Assembly (NCBI GenBank): GCA_963816425.1
Contig: CAWFKP010000006.1
Span: 190,490 to 254,489, forward strand
Source of the DNA: an uncultured Actinomycetes bacterium
GTDB taxonomy: Bacteria > Actinomycetota > UBA4738 > HRBIN12
Direction: 5' to 3'
DNA: 64,000 nucleotides
The notes below the pieces were generated by a model. That model searched no databases and was not told the origin of the DNA. It saw only the letters and a program-made list of their open reading frames with translations. The stretch's first letter is position 1. The number at the start of each line of letters is the position of its first letter. This document shows, in pieces, positions 10,262 through 19,940 of the stretch. The position numbers and the translations under genes were made by a program.

Positions 10262-12351
10262 TGGCCGTCGTCCGCGACGACCAGACGCTGCTGCAGTTGG
10301 GCGCCGGCGCCGGCGCCGTCCATCAGGCGGAGCATCCGTGGCGTCGTCGGTTGATCTGGACCGGTGTGGTGGTCGCGGTGATCGCCGTCGGTCTCGTCGC
10401 GTTCACGGGCGGCTTCCCGGAGTCGTTGGTGTTCGACGCCGCGAAGCCGTTCAACGCGTTCAACGACTGGGTGATCGAGCATCAGCGCACGCACCCGCTG
10501 TTCGTGCACTTCCTCGTCCCGCTGAAGAACGGCATCAACAGCGCCGTGGACCAGATCGTGCTCGGGCTCTCGCGCCTGACCTGGCTCGGTCTCACGGTCG
10601 CCGTCGGGGCGATCGCCGGCCTGCTCGCCGGGTGGCGGATGGGCATCGGCGCCGCGGCGGGGTTCTTCCTGATCGGTGTGCTGGGTCTGTGGCCCGGCGC
10701 CCTCGACACGCTCGCGTTGGTGCTGCTGTCGGTCGCCGTCGCGCTCGCGATCGGGATCCCCGTCGGCATCCTGTGCGCCCGACATCCCATGCTCGAACGC
10801 GCGCTGCGGCCCGTGCTGGACGCGATGCAGACGGTCCCGGCGTTCTCGTATCTGGTCGCCGTCGTGCTGCTGTTCAGCATCGGCGCGGCCACGGCGATGA
10901 TCGCCACCGTCATCTTCGCGCTGCCGCCGGCGATCCGCCTCACGAGCCTCGGCATCCGGCACGTGCCCGAGGACACGATCGAGGCCGGCGAGGCCTTCGG
11001 CGCGACGAAGCGGCAGATCCTGCGCCGCATCCAGCTGCCGCTGGCCCGACCGTCGATCATGCTCGGCGTGAACCAGACGATCATGATGGCCTTCGGGATC
11101 ATCGTGATCGCCGCGAGCGTCGGGTACCCGGGCCTGGGGCTCAGCGTGTACAAGGCCCTGCAGGCCCAACGGATCGGCGACGCGCTGGCGGGCGGTCTCG
11201 CGATCGTGGCGATGGCGATCGTGCTCGACCGGGTGACCTACGGGTGGAGTCAGCGCGAGCGCAAGGCCCGAGGCGCGCCGACGGTTCGACTGTTCGGGTG
11301 GACGGTCTCGCGCAAGGTCGCCGCGTTGCTGGCGCTCGGGTTGGTGTTCGTCGCGGTGATCGTCGGACGCCAGGTGCTCCGCCAACAGGACTTCCCGGAT
11401 GCGTGGGTGATCAAGATCGCGGCGCCGGTCGACGACACGGCCGATCTCATCGTCCGTCACTTCGGCGGCTTCACCTCCGGGGTCACCGACGTCTCCGTGA
11501 AGTACGCGCTCGACCCGCTGCAGAACCTCCTGCTCGGGCTGCCGTGGTGGATGGTGTGCCTGGGCGCGGCGGCCGCCGCCTACGCCGCCGCGCGGCGCAT
11601 CCCGCTGGCGATCGCGTCGTTCCTGTGCATCGCGCTGATCGGCTTCGCGGGCATGTGGGAGCCCGCGATGGACACGCTGTCGCAGGTCATCGTCGGCGTG
11701 ATCGTGTCCGTCGCGATCGCGATCCCGGTCGGCATCTGGGCGGCGCGGAGCGATCGCGTGCAGCGCACCCTGCGGCCGTTGCTCGACGGCATGCAGACCC
11801 TGCCGCAGTTCGTGTATCTGGTCCCCGTGATCGCGCTGTTCCACGTCGGGCGCGTGCCGGGCGTGATCGCCGCCCTCATCTACGCGCTGCCGCCGTGTAT
11901 CCGGCTGACCGACCTCGGCATCCGGCAGGTGCCCGCCGATCGCGTCGAGGCGGCGGTGGCGTTCGGTGCGACGGACAACCAGCTGCTGCGCAAGGTACAG
12001 CTGCCGTTGGCGAGGCCATCGATCATGCTCGGCGTCAACCAGACGATCATGATGGTGCTCTCCGTCGTGATCATCGCCGGGCTGGTCGGCGGTGGCGGGC
12101 TCGGCTACCAGGTGATCCTCGGCCTGTCGCACGACCCCGGGGCCGGCCTGGTCGCCGGTCTGTGCATCCTGTTGCTCGCGATCGTGATCGACCGGATTAC
12201 GCAGGCGCTCGGGCAGCCGGGTCGGCGTCCCACCGGCGCCGAGCACGGGGTCGGTTGGTTCTTCGGCACGTCCCGGGCACGCCGGGAAGCCGTATCAGTA
12301 GGAGAAGATGAGATCCCCGGGGATATCCCGGATCGAAAGGGGGAGGAATGA
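10261..12351 (+). CDS. proW: Glycine betaine ABC transporter permease, tandem fusion of two ProW/OpuAB-like domains
   Basis: 696-aa ORF. The block ...DAMQTVPAFSYLV...ALPPAIRLTSLGIRHVPEDTIEAGEAFGATKRQILRRIQLPLARPSIMLGVNQTIMM recurs as ...DGMQTLPQFVYLV...ALPPCIRLTDLGIRQVPADRVEAAVAFGATDNQLLRKVQLPLARPSIMLGVNQTIMM. Confidence 0.85.
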   Translation: MAVVRDDQTLLQLGAGAGAVHQAEHPWRRRLIWTGVVVAVIAVGLVAFTGGFPESLVFDAAKPFNAFNDWVIEHQRTHPLFVHFLVPLKNGINSAVDQIVLGLSRLTWLGLTVAVGAIAGLLAGWRMGIGAAAGFFLIGVLGLWPGALDTLALVLLSVAVALAIGIPVGILCARHPMLERALRPVLDAMQTVPAFSYLVAVVLLFSIGAATAMIATVIFALPPAIRLTSLGIRHVPEDTIEAGEAFGATKRQILRRIQLPLARPSIMLGVNQTIMMAFGIIVIAASVGYPGLGLSVYKALQAQRIGDALAGGLAIVAMAIVLDRVTYGWSQRERKARGAPTVRLFGWTVSRKVAALLALGLVFVAVIVGRQVLRQQDFPDAWVIKIAAPVDDTADLIVRHFGGFTSGVTDVSVKYALDPLQNLLLGLPWWMVCLGAAAAAYAAARRIPLAIASFLCIALIGFAGMWEPAMDTLSQVIVGVIVSVAIAIPVGIWAARSDRVQRTLRPLLDGMQTLPQFVYLVPVIALFHVGRVPGVIAALIYALPPCIRLTDLGIRQVPADRVEAAVAFGATDNQLLRKVQLPLARPSIMLGVNQTIMMVLSVVIIAGLVGGGGLGYQVILGLSHDPGAGLVAGLCILLLAIVIDRITQALGQPGRRPTGAEHGVGWFFGTSRARREAVSVGEDEIPGDIPDRKGEE

Positions 12352-13361
12352 GGCTACGCAAACGGGGCCTGCTCGTTGCAGGTGCCATGGCCGTGCTGCT
12401 CTTGGTAGCGGCGGCCTGTAGCGACGTATCCAGCTCCAGCAGCAGCGCCGCGGGTGGAACGGGCACGGTGCCGGACAACTCCGGCACGACGATCAACTTC
12501 TCGGTGAGCCCGTGGCAGGGCTCGGCCGCGAACGTCGCGATCGCGCAGAAGCTGCTTGAGGACAAGCTCGGCTACACGGTCCAGACGACCGACATCGATG
12601 AGTACGCCCAATTCCCGGCGCTGGCCAACGGCGACCTGGACGCGACGCTGGAGGTGTGGCCCTCGGGGCACGCCAAGGACTACAAGAAGTACATCGATGC
12701 CGGTAACGGCGTCGTGGACGGCGGTCAGCTCGGCGTGATCGGGCAGATCGGGTGGTGGATCCCGACGTACCTGCTGACGGACCACCCCGAGCTGGCGACG
12801 TGGGAAGGCATCAAGGGTAACGAGTCGATGTTCCAGACCTCGGAGTCCGGCGACGCCGGGCAGCTGCTCGACGGTGACCCGAGCTACGTCACCTTCGACC
12901 AGAACATCGCGGACAACCTCGGCCTGAACCTGAAGGTCGTGTACGCGGGTTCGGAAGCGGCCGAGCTCACCGAGCTCAAGACCGCCTACAACGCGCAGAA
13001 GCCCATCCTGATGTACTTCTGGACGCCCCACTGGGCGCAGGAGAAGTACGACCTGACGATGGTGCAGCTGCCCGAGGTCACGCCCGAGTGCGAGCAGGCG
13101 GCGGCCGACGGCACCGACGCGTACGCATGCGCCTACCCACAGGACGACCTGTACAAGGCGTTCAATTCGGACCTGCAGACGAAGGCCCCCGCGGCCTTCG
13201 CGTTCCTGTCGGCGATGTCGTGGACCAACGACGATCAGAACGTCGTGGCCCTGGGCATCAACGACGGGCAGGACCCGGCGGCGGCGGCGCAGGAATGGAT
13301 CGACCAGAACCCAGACGTGTGGCAGCCCTGGGTCGACGCCGGTCTGGCAGCGCAGTCGTAA
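12348..13361 (+). CDS. proX: Glycine betaine-binding lipoprotein (ProX/OpuAC family)
   Basis: 337-aa ORF with signal plus lipobox (LLLVAAACSD). ATGA overlap with the permease stop. Trp-rich mature domain (SPWQGS..., GWWIPTY) typical of betaine-binding proteins. Confidence 0.8.
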   Translation: MRLRKRGLLVAGAMAVLLLVAAACSDVSSSSSSAAGGTGTVPDNSGTTINFSVSPWQGSAANVAIAQKLLEDKLGYTVQTTDIDEYAQFPALANGDLDATLEVWPSGHAKDYKKYIDAGNGVVDGGQLGVIGQIGWWIPTYLLTDHPELATWEGIKGNESMFQTSESGDAGQLLDGDPSYVTFDQNIADNLGLNLKVVYAGSEAAELTELKTAYNAQKPILMYFWTPHWAQEKYDLTMVQLPEVTPECEQAAADGTDAYACAYPQDDLYKAFNSDLQTKAPAAFAFLSAMSWTNDDQNVVALGINDGQDPAAAAQEWIDQNPDVWQPWVDAGLAAQS

Positions 13362-13377
13362 GGACACAGCGGAGCAC

Positions 13378-13410
13378 AGGGGCGGGCGGCCGAAGGCCGC
13401 CCGCCCTTTC
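13378..13410 (+). terminator. Intrinsic-terminator-like GC hairpin after proX
   Basis: ggcgggcggcc (13381-13391) / gaa / ggccgcccgcc (13395-13405) form a perfect 11-bp stem, extendable by flanking pairs, followed by cttt. It lies 17 nt after the proX stop. Confidence 0.6.
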
Positions 13411-13433
13411 GCGTGCTTGACCCGGCGTCGGGG

Positions 13434-13476
13434 TCGGCGTTGCGGTTCCCGCAACGCCGACGTTGCGTCGGCAACT
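13434..13476 (+). other. Second perfect hairpin plus small hairpin in the leader of the DMG-oxidase operon
   Basis: tcggcgttgcgg (13434-13445) / ttc / ccgcaacgccga (13449-13460) form a 12-bp perfect stem. Next comes gttgc-gtcg-gcaac (13462-13475), immediately before the candidate GTG start at 13479. Confidence 0.35.
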
Positions 13477-13478
13477 CG

Positions 13479-15969
13479 GTGAGGCATCATCAGTCAGTGG
13501 CTGAACTGCCCGCCCGTGCCCAGACCGTGATCGTCGGCGCCGGTATCGTCGGCGCTGCCGCGGCGTATCACCTCGCCGAGCTGGGCGTGACCGACGTGCT
13601 GGTGGTAGATCAGGGTCCGTTGTTCGCGACCGGCGGCTCCACGTCGCACGCGCCGGGCATCATCTTCCAGACCAACGGGTCCCGCACGATGTGTCGCATC
13701 GCGCAGGACTCGGTCGCCCTCTATGACTCGTTAGAGGTCGACGGCGAGCGGGTTTGGTACGGGGTCGGCGGACTCGAGCTCGCGACCACGGTCGAGCGCA
13801 TGGAGGAGCTGCAGCGCCGGCAGGGGTTCGCGCAGGCGTTCGGCATCGAGGGGACCGAGCTGCTCTCGCCGGCCGAGTGCGCCGAGCGCTCGCCGCTGCT
13901 GGACCCCGCCACGGTCCTCGGTGGCTACTGGATCCCCAGCGACGGTGCCGGGAAGGGCGTCAAGATCGTGGAAGGGCTCGCGAACCGCGCGATCGGCCGC
14001 GGGCGTCCGGTTCGAGGGCGGCATGACCGTCACCGGCTTCGACACGACAGGGGGCCGGATCCACGCGGTCGAAACCGCGCAGGGGCGCGTCGAGTGCGAG
14101 CGCGTCCTGTTGTGCGCGGGCATCTGGGGGCCGACCGTCGGCGCGATGGCGGGGGTTCCGATCCCGTTGGTCGCGGTGCAGCACCAGCTGGTGTGGACCG
14201 ACCCGATCCCCGGTCTCGACAGGTTGGACTGGGCGGAACAGCCGGTCGTGCGCCACCAGGACATGTCGCTGTACTTCCGTCAGCGCGACGACCATTTTGG
14301 GGTCGGCAACTACCGGCACGAGCCGATCGTGACGCCGCAGTCGCGACTGCGCCCCCCGGGAGGCGCGATGCAACCGTCGTTGATGCCGTTCACGCCCGAG
14401 GACTTCGATCTCTGCGAGATGGAATCCGCGCGGATGTTCCCGGCCCTCGCCGGCCGCATGCGTCCGAGCGACCCGGCGCGCACGTTGAACGGGATGTTCT
14501 CCTTCACCCCCGACGCGGGCTCGATCGTCGGGGAGAGCGCGAGTGTGCGCGGCGTCTGGGTGTGCGAGGCGGTCTGGGTCACGCACGCCGGGGGCATGGC
14601 GCGCCAGGTCGTCGAGTGGATGGAGGTCGGCGAGCCGAGCTACGACATGGCCGAGGCCGACGCGAACCGCTTCTATCCGTTCCAGACGACGGCGCCCTAC
14701 GTGATCGAGCGCGGCAAGCAGCAGTACCGCGAGGTCTACGACATCCTGCATCCCCGCCAACAGCCCGCGAAGCCGCGCGGGCTGCGGTTGACGCCGTTCT
14801 ACGGCCGCCACCTCGAGCAGGGCGCCGTCTGCATCACCGGCGCGGGGTGGGAGCGCCCGCAGTGGTTCGACGCCAACCGCGACCTGGTCGGCGGGGTCAC
14901 CCATGAGTGGGCGCGCCGCGGCGGCTGGGCGGCGCGCGAGTGGTCGCCGATCGAGGGTGGCGAGCACCTCGCCGTGCGGGAGGCCGCCGGGCTGTTCGAC
15001 ATCACGCCGTACGTGAAGCTCCGCGTGCAGGGGCCCGACGCGCTCGCGTTCCTGGAGCGTGTGTGCGCGAACCGGATCGATCGGCCGGTCGGGACCGTCG
15101 TCTACACGGCGATGCTGACACCGAGCGGGGGCATCCGATGCGACCTGACCGTGACGCGCCACGACGACGACGTCTTCATGGTCGTGACCGGCGGTGGCTC
15201 GGGCATGCACGACCTCGCATGGCTTCGCGCGCAGGTGCGCGACGGTGAGCGGGTCCGCGTCTTCGACGGCTCGAGCCGGTCGTTCTGCCTCGGGCTGTGG
15301 GGTCCGCGAGCGCGCGACATCCTGTCCGCGGTCACGACCGACGACGTCTCGAGCGCCGCGATCCCGTACATGACCGGCGCCGAGGTGGAGATCGCCGAGG
15401 CGCCGGTGTTCGCGCAGCGGATCAGCTACGTGGGCGAGCTCGGCTGGGAGCTGTACGGCCCGACCGAGATGGGCCAACGCGTCTGGGACGCACTGTGGGA
15501 GGCGGGCCGGCCGCACGGGCTGATCGCCGCCGGGCTCGGCGCCTTCGATGCGATGCGCCTGGAGAAGGGCTATCGCCTCTGGGGCCAGGACATCCACACC
15601 GAGTACGACCCGCTGTCGGCCGGGCTCGGGTTCGCCGTCCGGTGGGACAAGGAGTTCCAGGGCAAGGCGGCGCTGGAGGCGATCCGCGAGCGGGGGCCCG
15701 CCAAGCGACTCGTCCCGATGACGTTCGACGACCCGCGTCACGTGGTGGTCGGCAAGGAGCCGATCCGCCACGACGGCCGGGTTGTGAGCTACGTGACCAG
15801 CGCCAACTACGGGTATTCGATCGGGCGCGGCGTCGTCTACGGCTACCTGCCGACCGAGCTCGCGATCGAGGGCACGCCGGTGGAGGTGCAGTACTTCGGC
15901 CGGCGGTACGCGGCGACGGTGGCCGCCGAGCCGCTGTTCGATCCCAAGGGCGAACGACTCAAAGCCTGA
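13479..15969 (+). CDS. Dimethylglycine oxidase/dehydrogenase-type protein (FAD-dependent oxidoreductase fused to GcvT-like folate-binding aminomethyltransferase domain), apparent 1-nt frameshift near 13995
   Basis: ORF 13413..14906 gives TVIVGAGIVGAAAAYHLAELG...GGSTSHAPG...KIVEGLANRAI. ORF 13921..15969 continues with GVRFEGGMTVTGF...ISYVGELGWELY...GAFDAMRLEKGYRLWG. The junction is atc-g-gcc-gcg-ggc. Repaired length is about 830 aa, as in DMGO. Start is the GTG at 13479 or 13497. Confidence 0.8.
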
Positions 15970-15993
15970 AGACACGCAGATGAGAGGAACGAG

Positions 15994-16689
15994 ATGAGCG
16001 ACGAAGAGATCGTGCTGTCGGCGTTGCCGGATGACGAGCTCGTGAAGCAGATGCACGACGACCTGTACGACGGGCTTGCCGACGAGATCGCGGAGGGTAC
16101 GCAGATCCTGCTCGACCGCGAGTGGGCCGCCGACAAGGTCCTGAACGAGGCCCTGGTCGAGGGCATGCGGATCGTGGGGATCGACTTCCGGGACGGGATC
16201 CTGTTCGTGCCCGAGGTGCTGCTGGCCGCCAACGCGATGAAGGCAGGCATGGCCCTGTTGCGGCCGCTGCTGGCCGAGACCGGCGCCGAGCGGATGGGCA
16301 CCGTCGTGATCGGCACGGTCAAGGGCGATATCCACGACATCGGGAAGAACCTGGTCGCGATGATGCTGGAGGGCGCCGGCTTCGAGGTGGTCGATCTCGG
16401 CATCAACAACCCGGTCGAGGACTACCTGGCCGCGCTCGAGGAGCACAAGCCCGACATCCTGGGGATGAGCGCGCTGCTCACCACCACGATGCCCTACATG
16501 AAGGTCGTGATCGACGAGCTCGAGGCCAAGGGCCTGCGCGACAAGTACATCGTCATGGTCGGCGGGGCTCCCCTGAACGAGGAGTTCGGGAAGGCCGTCG
16601 GGGCCGACGCGTACTGTCGCGACGCCGCGGTGGCGGCGGAGACGGCTCAGGCTCTGGTGATGGCCAAGCGCGCCATGGCCGCGACGTAG
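15994..16689 (+). CDS. Cobalamin-binding corrinoid protein (MtbC/MttC/MtgC-like)
   Basis: 231 aa, with an N-terminal helical cap and a B12-binding Rossmann domain. It carries the DxHxxG motif (GDIHDIGKN), then MSALLTTT and MVGGAPL. Confidence 0.9.
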   Translation: MSDEEIVLSALPDDELVKQMHDDLYDGLADEIAEGTQILLDREWAADKVLNEALVEGMRIVGIDFRDGILFVPEVLLAANAMKAGMALLRPLLAETGAERMGTVVIGTVKGDIHDIGKNLVAMMLEGAGFEVVDLGINNPVEDYLAALEEHKPDILGMSALLTTTMPYMKVVIDELEAKGLRDKYIVMVGGAPLNEEFGKAVGADAYCRDAAVAAETAQALVMAKRAMAAT

Positions 16690-16698
16690 GGGGGGTCC

Positions 16699-17049
16699 GT
16701 GGCAGAGCTGACCGTGATCACGTGGCGAGATATCCCGATGCAGATCGTCGTGCGCGACGACGCCGGAGGATCGGCCCGTCGCTTGTTGCCGGAGAGGTTC
16801 CAGGAGGCCGTCGACGCGGCGGCGATGGTGGCGGGCCTGATCGGTTCCGACGACTACACCGAGCAGATGACGATGAACCGGAGCCCGGTCGGCGAGGATC
16901 TCGAGGCCGAGGCGCAGGCCGCGGAGGACGCGGTGCTCGCCGCCTGGGACGACGAGGCGCTGAAGGTCGCGATCCGGGCCGGCGGCTACCGTGGCGGTGC
17001 CGACGTCTCCGGACAGGGCGATGCGGTTCGCCCCGCGAGCGAGGACTAG
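16699..17049 (+). CDS. Small acidic protein of unknown function (resembles the 'virulence factor' PF13769-type proteins found beside corrinoid methyltransferases)
   Basis: 116-aa ORF (GTG start) packed between the corrinoid protein (9-nt gap) and the pterin-binding methyltransferase (0-nt gap). Sequence MAELTVITWRDIPMQIVVRD.... The family name comes from memory, not a search. Confidence 0.6.
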   Translation: MAELTVITWRDIPMQIVVRDDAGGSARRLLPERFQEAVDAAAMVAGLIGSDDYTEQMTMNRSPVGEDLEAEAQAAEDAVLAAWDDEALKVAIRAGGYRGGADVSGQGDAVRPASED

Positions 17050-17964
17050 ATGGCCGACACGGTCGTCTCTTCCGCGACGCGCGAACATGTGATCGGCACG
17101 GGTCGACCGTTCACGATCATCGGCGAGCGCATCAACCCGACCGGGCGGAAGCAGCTCGCCGCGGAGATGGTGGTCGGCGACTTCTCGACGGTGATCGCCG
17201 ACGTCGACGCGCAGGTGCGGGCCGGAGCCCACATGCTCGACGTGAACGCGGGCATCCCGCTGGCGGACGAGCCGGGGATCCTCGCCGAGACGATCAAGCT
17301 GGTCCAGTCGCTCACCGACCTGCCGCTGTCGATCGACTCCTCGATCGTGGCGGCGCTCGAGGCCGGTCTCGCGGTCTACGAGGGCAAGGCGCTCGTGAAC
17401 TCGGTCACGGGCGAGGACGACCGGATCGAGTCGGTGCTGCCGCTCGTGGCCAAGTACGGCGCCGCGGTCGTGGCCATCACGAACGACGAGACGGGCATCA
17501 GTGAGGACCCCGACGTGCGGTTCGGCATCGCGGAGAAGATCGTGCGCGCGGCCGCCGACCACGGCATCCAGGCCCACGACGTCGTCGTCGATCCGCTCGT
17601 GATGCCGATCGGCGCGATGGGCACCGCCGGACGCCAGGTGTTCTCGCTCGTGCGCCGGCTGCACGACGAGCTCGGCGTCAACTCGACCTGCGGCGCGTCG
17701 AACGTGTCGTTCGGGCTGCCGAACCGCAACGGGATCAACGGCGCGTTCCTGGCGATGGCGATCGCCAACGGTCTGACCAGCGCGATCACATCCCCGCTAC
17801 ACGCCGAGGTTCGTCAGGCCACGATGGCCGCCGACGTGCTGATGGGCACCGACAAGCACTCTGAGGCCTGGATCAAGGCCTACTCGGACCGCGCCGGCAC
17901 CGAGGCCACGGGCCGGCGCCGCGGCGGGCGTTCGGCGCGGCTGGGCACGCAGGCCGAGTCGTGA
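17050..17964 (+). CDS. Methyltetrahydrofolate:corrinoid methyltransferase (pterin-binding domain; MtgA/MetH-module-like)
   Basis: 304 aa. FTIIGERINPTGRK, MLDVNAG, LSIDSS, ALVNSV and GASNVSFGLP are the pterin-binding (DHPS-like TIM barrel) signatures. Confidence 0.85.
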   Translation: MADTVVSSATREHVIGTGRPFTIIGERINPTGRKQLAAEMVVGDFSTVIADVDAQVRAGAHMLDVNAGIPLADEPGILAETIKLVQSLTDLPLSIDSSIVAALEAGLAVYEGKALVNSVTGEDDRIESVLPLVAKYGAAVVAITNDETGISEDPDVRFGIAEKIVRAAADHGIQAHDVVVDPLVMPIGAMGTAGRQVFSLVRRLHDELGVNSTCGASNVSFGLPNRNGINGAFLAMAIANGLTSAITSPLHAEVRQATMAADVLMGTDKHSEAWIKAYSDRAGTEATGRRRGGRSARLGTQAES

Positions 17965-19940
17965 CCACCGTCGTCTTCACGCCTTCGGGCCGTCGCGGCG
18001 AGGTTCCCGACGGTGCGAGCGTGCTCGACGCCGCCCGCGCGCTCGGCGTCGACCTCGACTCCGTCTGCGGCGGGCGCGGGATCTGCGGGCGCTGCCAGGT
18101 GGTGCCGATGAGCGGCTCGTTCCCGAAGCACGGCATCACGAGCGCGGCCGACCACCTGATCGCGTTCACCGAGCCCGAGCAGCGCTATCGGGACCGCGAC
18201 GGGCTGGCCGCGGACCGTCGGCTCGGGTGCCACGCGAAGATCTGCGGCGACCTCGTGATCGACGTGCCGCCCGAATCACAGATCCACCGGCAGGTCGTCC
18301 GCAAGGAGGCCGACGCCCATCCGATCGAGGTCGATCCGATCGTGCGGCTGCACTACGTCGAGGTTGAGGCGCCGTCGCTCGAACACGCCTCCGGCGACCT
18401 GCAACGGTTGTTCGTCGCGTTGGAGCGCGACTGGCGCCTCACCGGGCTCGCGGTCGATCCGTTCGTGCTGCCCGGCTTGCAGCAGACCCTTCGAGCCGGC
18501 GACTGGACGGCCACGGTCGCCGTGCGCGACGAGACGGTGATCACCGCGGTGTTCCCCGGGTTCCACGACGTGGCCCTCGGCGTGGCGTTCGACGTGGGGT
18601 CGACCACGGTGGCCGGGCATCTCTGCGACCTGCACACCGGCGAGGTGCTTGCGAGCGCGGGCGCGATGAACCCACAGATCCGGTTCGGCGAGGATCTGAT
18701 GAGCCGGGTGAGCTACGTGATGATGCATCCGGGCGGCGAGGTCGAACTCACCGCCGCGGTGCGCGCCTGCCTGGATCAACTGGTGGGTGAGCTCTGTGCG
18801 ACCGCCGACGCCTCGCGCGAGGACATCCTCGAGCTGGTGGTCGTCGGCAATCCGATCATGCACCACCTGGTGTTCGGCTTCGACCCCACCGAGCTCGGGG
18901 GCGCGCCGTTCGCCCTGGTCACCGACGAGGCGCTCACGGTGCCGGGCCGGGACCTCGGTCTCGACGTGAACCCCGGCGCCCGTGTCTACGCGCTGCCGCT
19001 GATCGCGGGCCACGTCGGGGCGGACACGGCCGGCGTCATCCTGTCGGAGGCCCCCCACGACCGGGACGTCGTGAACCTGATCGTCGACGTCGGCACGAAC
19101 GCCGAGATCGTGCTCGGCAACCGCGACCGATTGCTGGCCGCCTCCAGCCCGACCGGGCCGGCGTTCGAAGGCGCCCAGATCTCGTGCGGGCAGCGGGCCG
19201 CACCGGGCGCGATCGAGCGCGTCCGGATCGACCCCGAGACCCTCGAGCTGCGCTACCGGACGATCGGCAGCGAGTCGTGGTCCGACGAGCCAGGCGCCCC
19301 CACGCCGACCGGCGTCTGCGGCTCGGGCATCATCGAGCTGGTCGCCGAGCTGTTCCTCGCCGGCGTGCTGACGTCCGAGGGCGTGATCGATCCGGGCGCC
19401 GCCGACCGCACCGACCGGGTGATCGCCGACGGCCGCACGAGCGCCTACGTCGTGCACGCCGACGGCCCCCGCCTGATCCTCACCCAGAACGATGTGCGGC
19501 AGATCCAGCTGGCCAAGGGCGCGCTGTACGCGGGGTGCCGTCTGCTGATGGACCACTACGGGATCGAGCGGGTGGACCGGATCCGGCTGGCCGGCGCGTT
19601 CGGCGCCCACATCGATCCGGTCCACGCGATGGTGCTCGGACTCGTTCCGGACTGCGAGCCCGCCAACGTCACGAGCGCCGGGAACGCGGCCGGCACCGGG
19701 GCGCGGATCGCCCTGCTCAACCGCGCCGCCCGAGCCGAGATCGAAGCGGTCGTGCGCCGCGTGGAGAAGATCGAGACCGCCACCGAGCCGCGGTTCCAGG
19801 AGCATTTCGTCGGGGCGATGGGGATCCCGCACGCGACCGATCCGTACCCGCGGCTGGCCGAGCACGTCCGCCTGCCCGAGCGAGCCGCGGCGGCCACGGG
19901 CCGACGCCGCCGCAACAACCGAGAGAGGAGCACCACATGA
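17961..19940 (+). CDS. Corrinoid reductive activase (RACo/RamA-like; N-terminal [2Fe-2S] ferredoxin + ASKHA ATPase domain)
   Basis: 659 aa. N-terminal CGGRGICGRCQV...LGCH is a plant-type 2Fe-2S motif, followed by a large ASKHA-fold region (DVGSTTVAGH, DVGTNAEIV). GTGA overlap with the upstream gene. Confidence 0.8.
   Translation: MTTVVFTPSGRRGEVPDGASVLDAARALGVDLDSVCGGRGICGRCQVVPMSGSFPKHGITSAADHLIAFTEPEQRYRDRDGLAADRRLGCHAKICGDLVIDVPPESQIHRQVVRKEADAHPIEVDPIVRLHYVEVEAPSLEHASGDLQRLFVALERDWRLTGLAVDPFVLPGLQQTLRAGDWTATVAVRDETVITAVFPGFHDVALGVAFDVGSTTVAGHLCDLHTGEVLASAGAMNPQIRFGEDLMSRVSYVMMHPGGEVELTAAVRACLDQLVGELCATADASREDILELVVVGNPIMHHLVFGFDPTELGGAPFALVTDEALTVPGRDLGLDVNPGARVYALPLIAGHVGADTAGVILSEAPHDRDVVNLIVDVGTNAEIVLGNRDRLLAASSPTGPAFEGAQISCGQRAAPGAIERVRIDPETLELRYRTIGSESWSDEPGAPTPTGVCGSGIIELVAELFLAGVLTSEGVIDPGAADRTDRVIADGRTSAYVVHADGPRLILTQNDVRQIQLAKGALYAGCRLLMDHYGIERVDRIRLAGAFGAHIDPVHAMVLGLVPDCEPANVTSAGNAAGTGARIALLNRAARAEIEAVVRRVEKIETATEPRFQEHFVGAMGIPHATDPYPRLAEHVRLPERAAAATGRRRRNNRERSTT

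Noticed and set aside
15969-15994. Cobalamin riboswitch controlling the corrinoid operon or the transporters.
   Set aside because: Intergenic spaces in front of the corrinoid genes are only 0-80 nt. The longer leaders (9034-9222, 13362-13478) show no B12-box-like GCCACTG/GGGAAG arrangement.
13960-17664. Very long antisense ORFs, e.g. 1234 aa at 13960..17664(-). Others: 50160..53390(-), 7343..10174(-), 2580..5012(-), 41483..43903(-), 43684..45765(-).
   Set aside because: All are Arg/Gly/Pro/His-rich, low-complexity translations lying opposite genes with clear domain motifs. Long stop-free antisense frames are expected in high-G+C DNA. No motif was recognisable in any of them.
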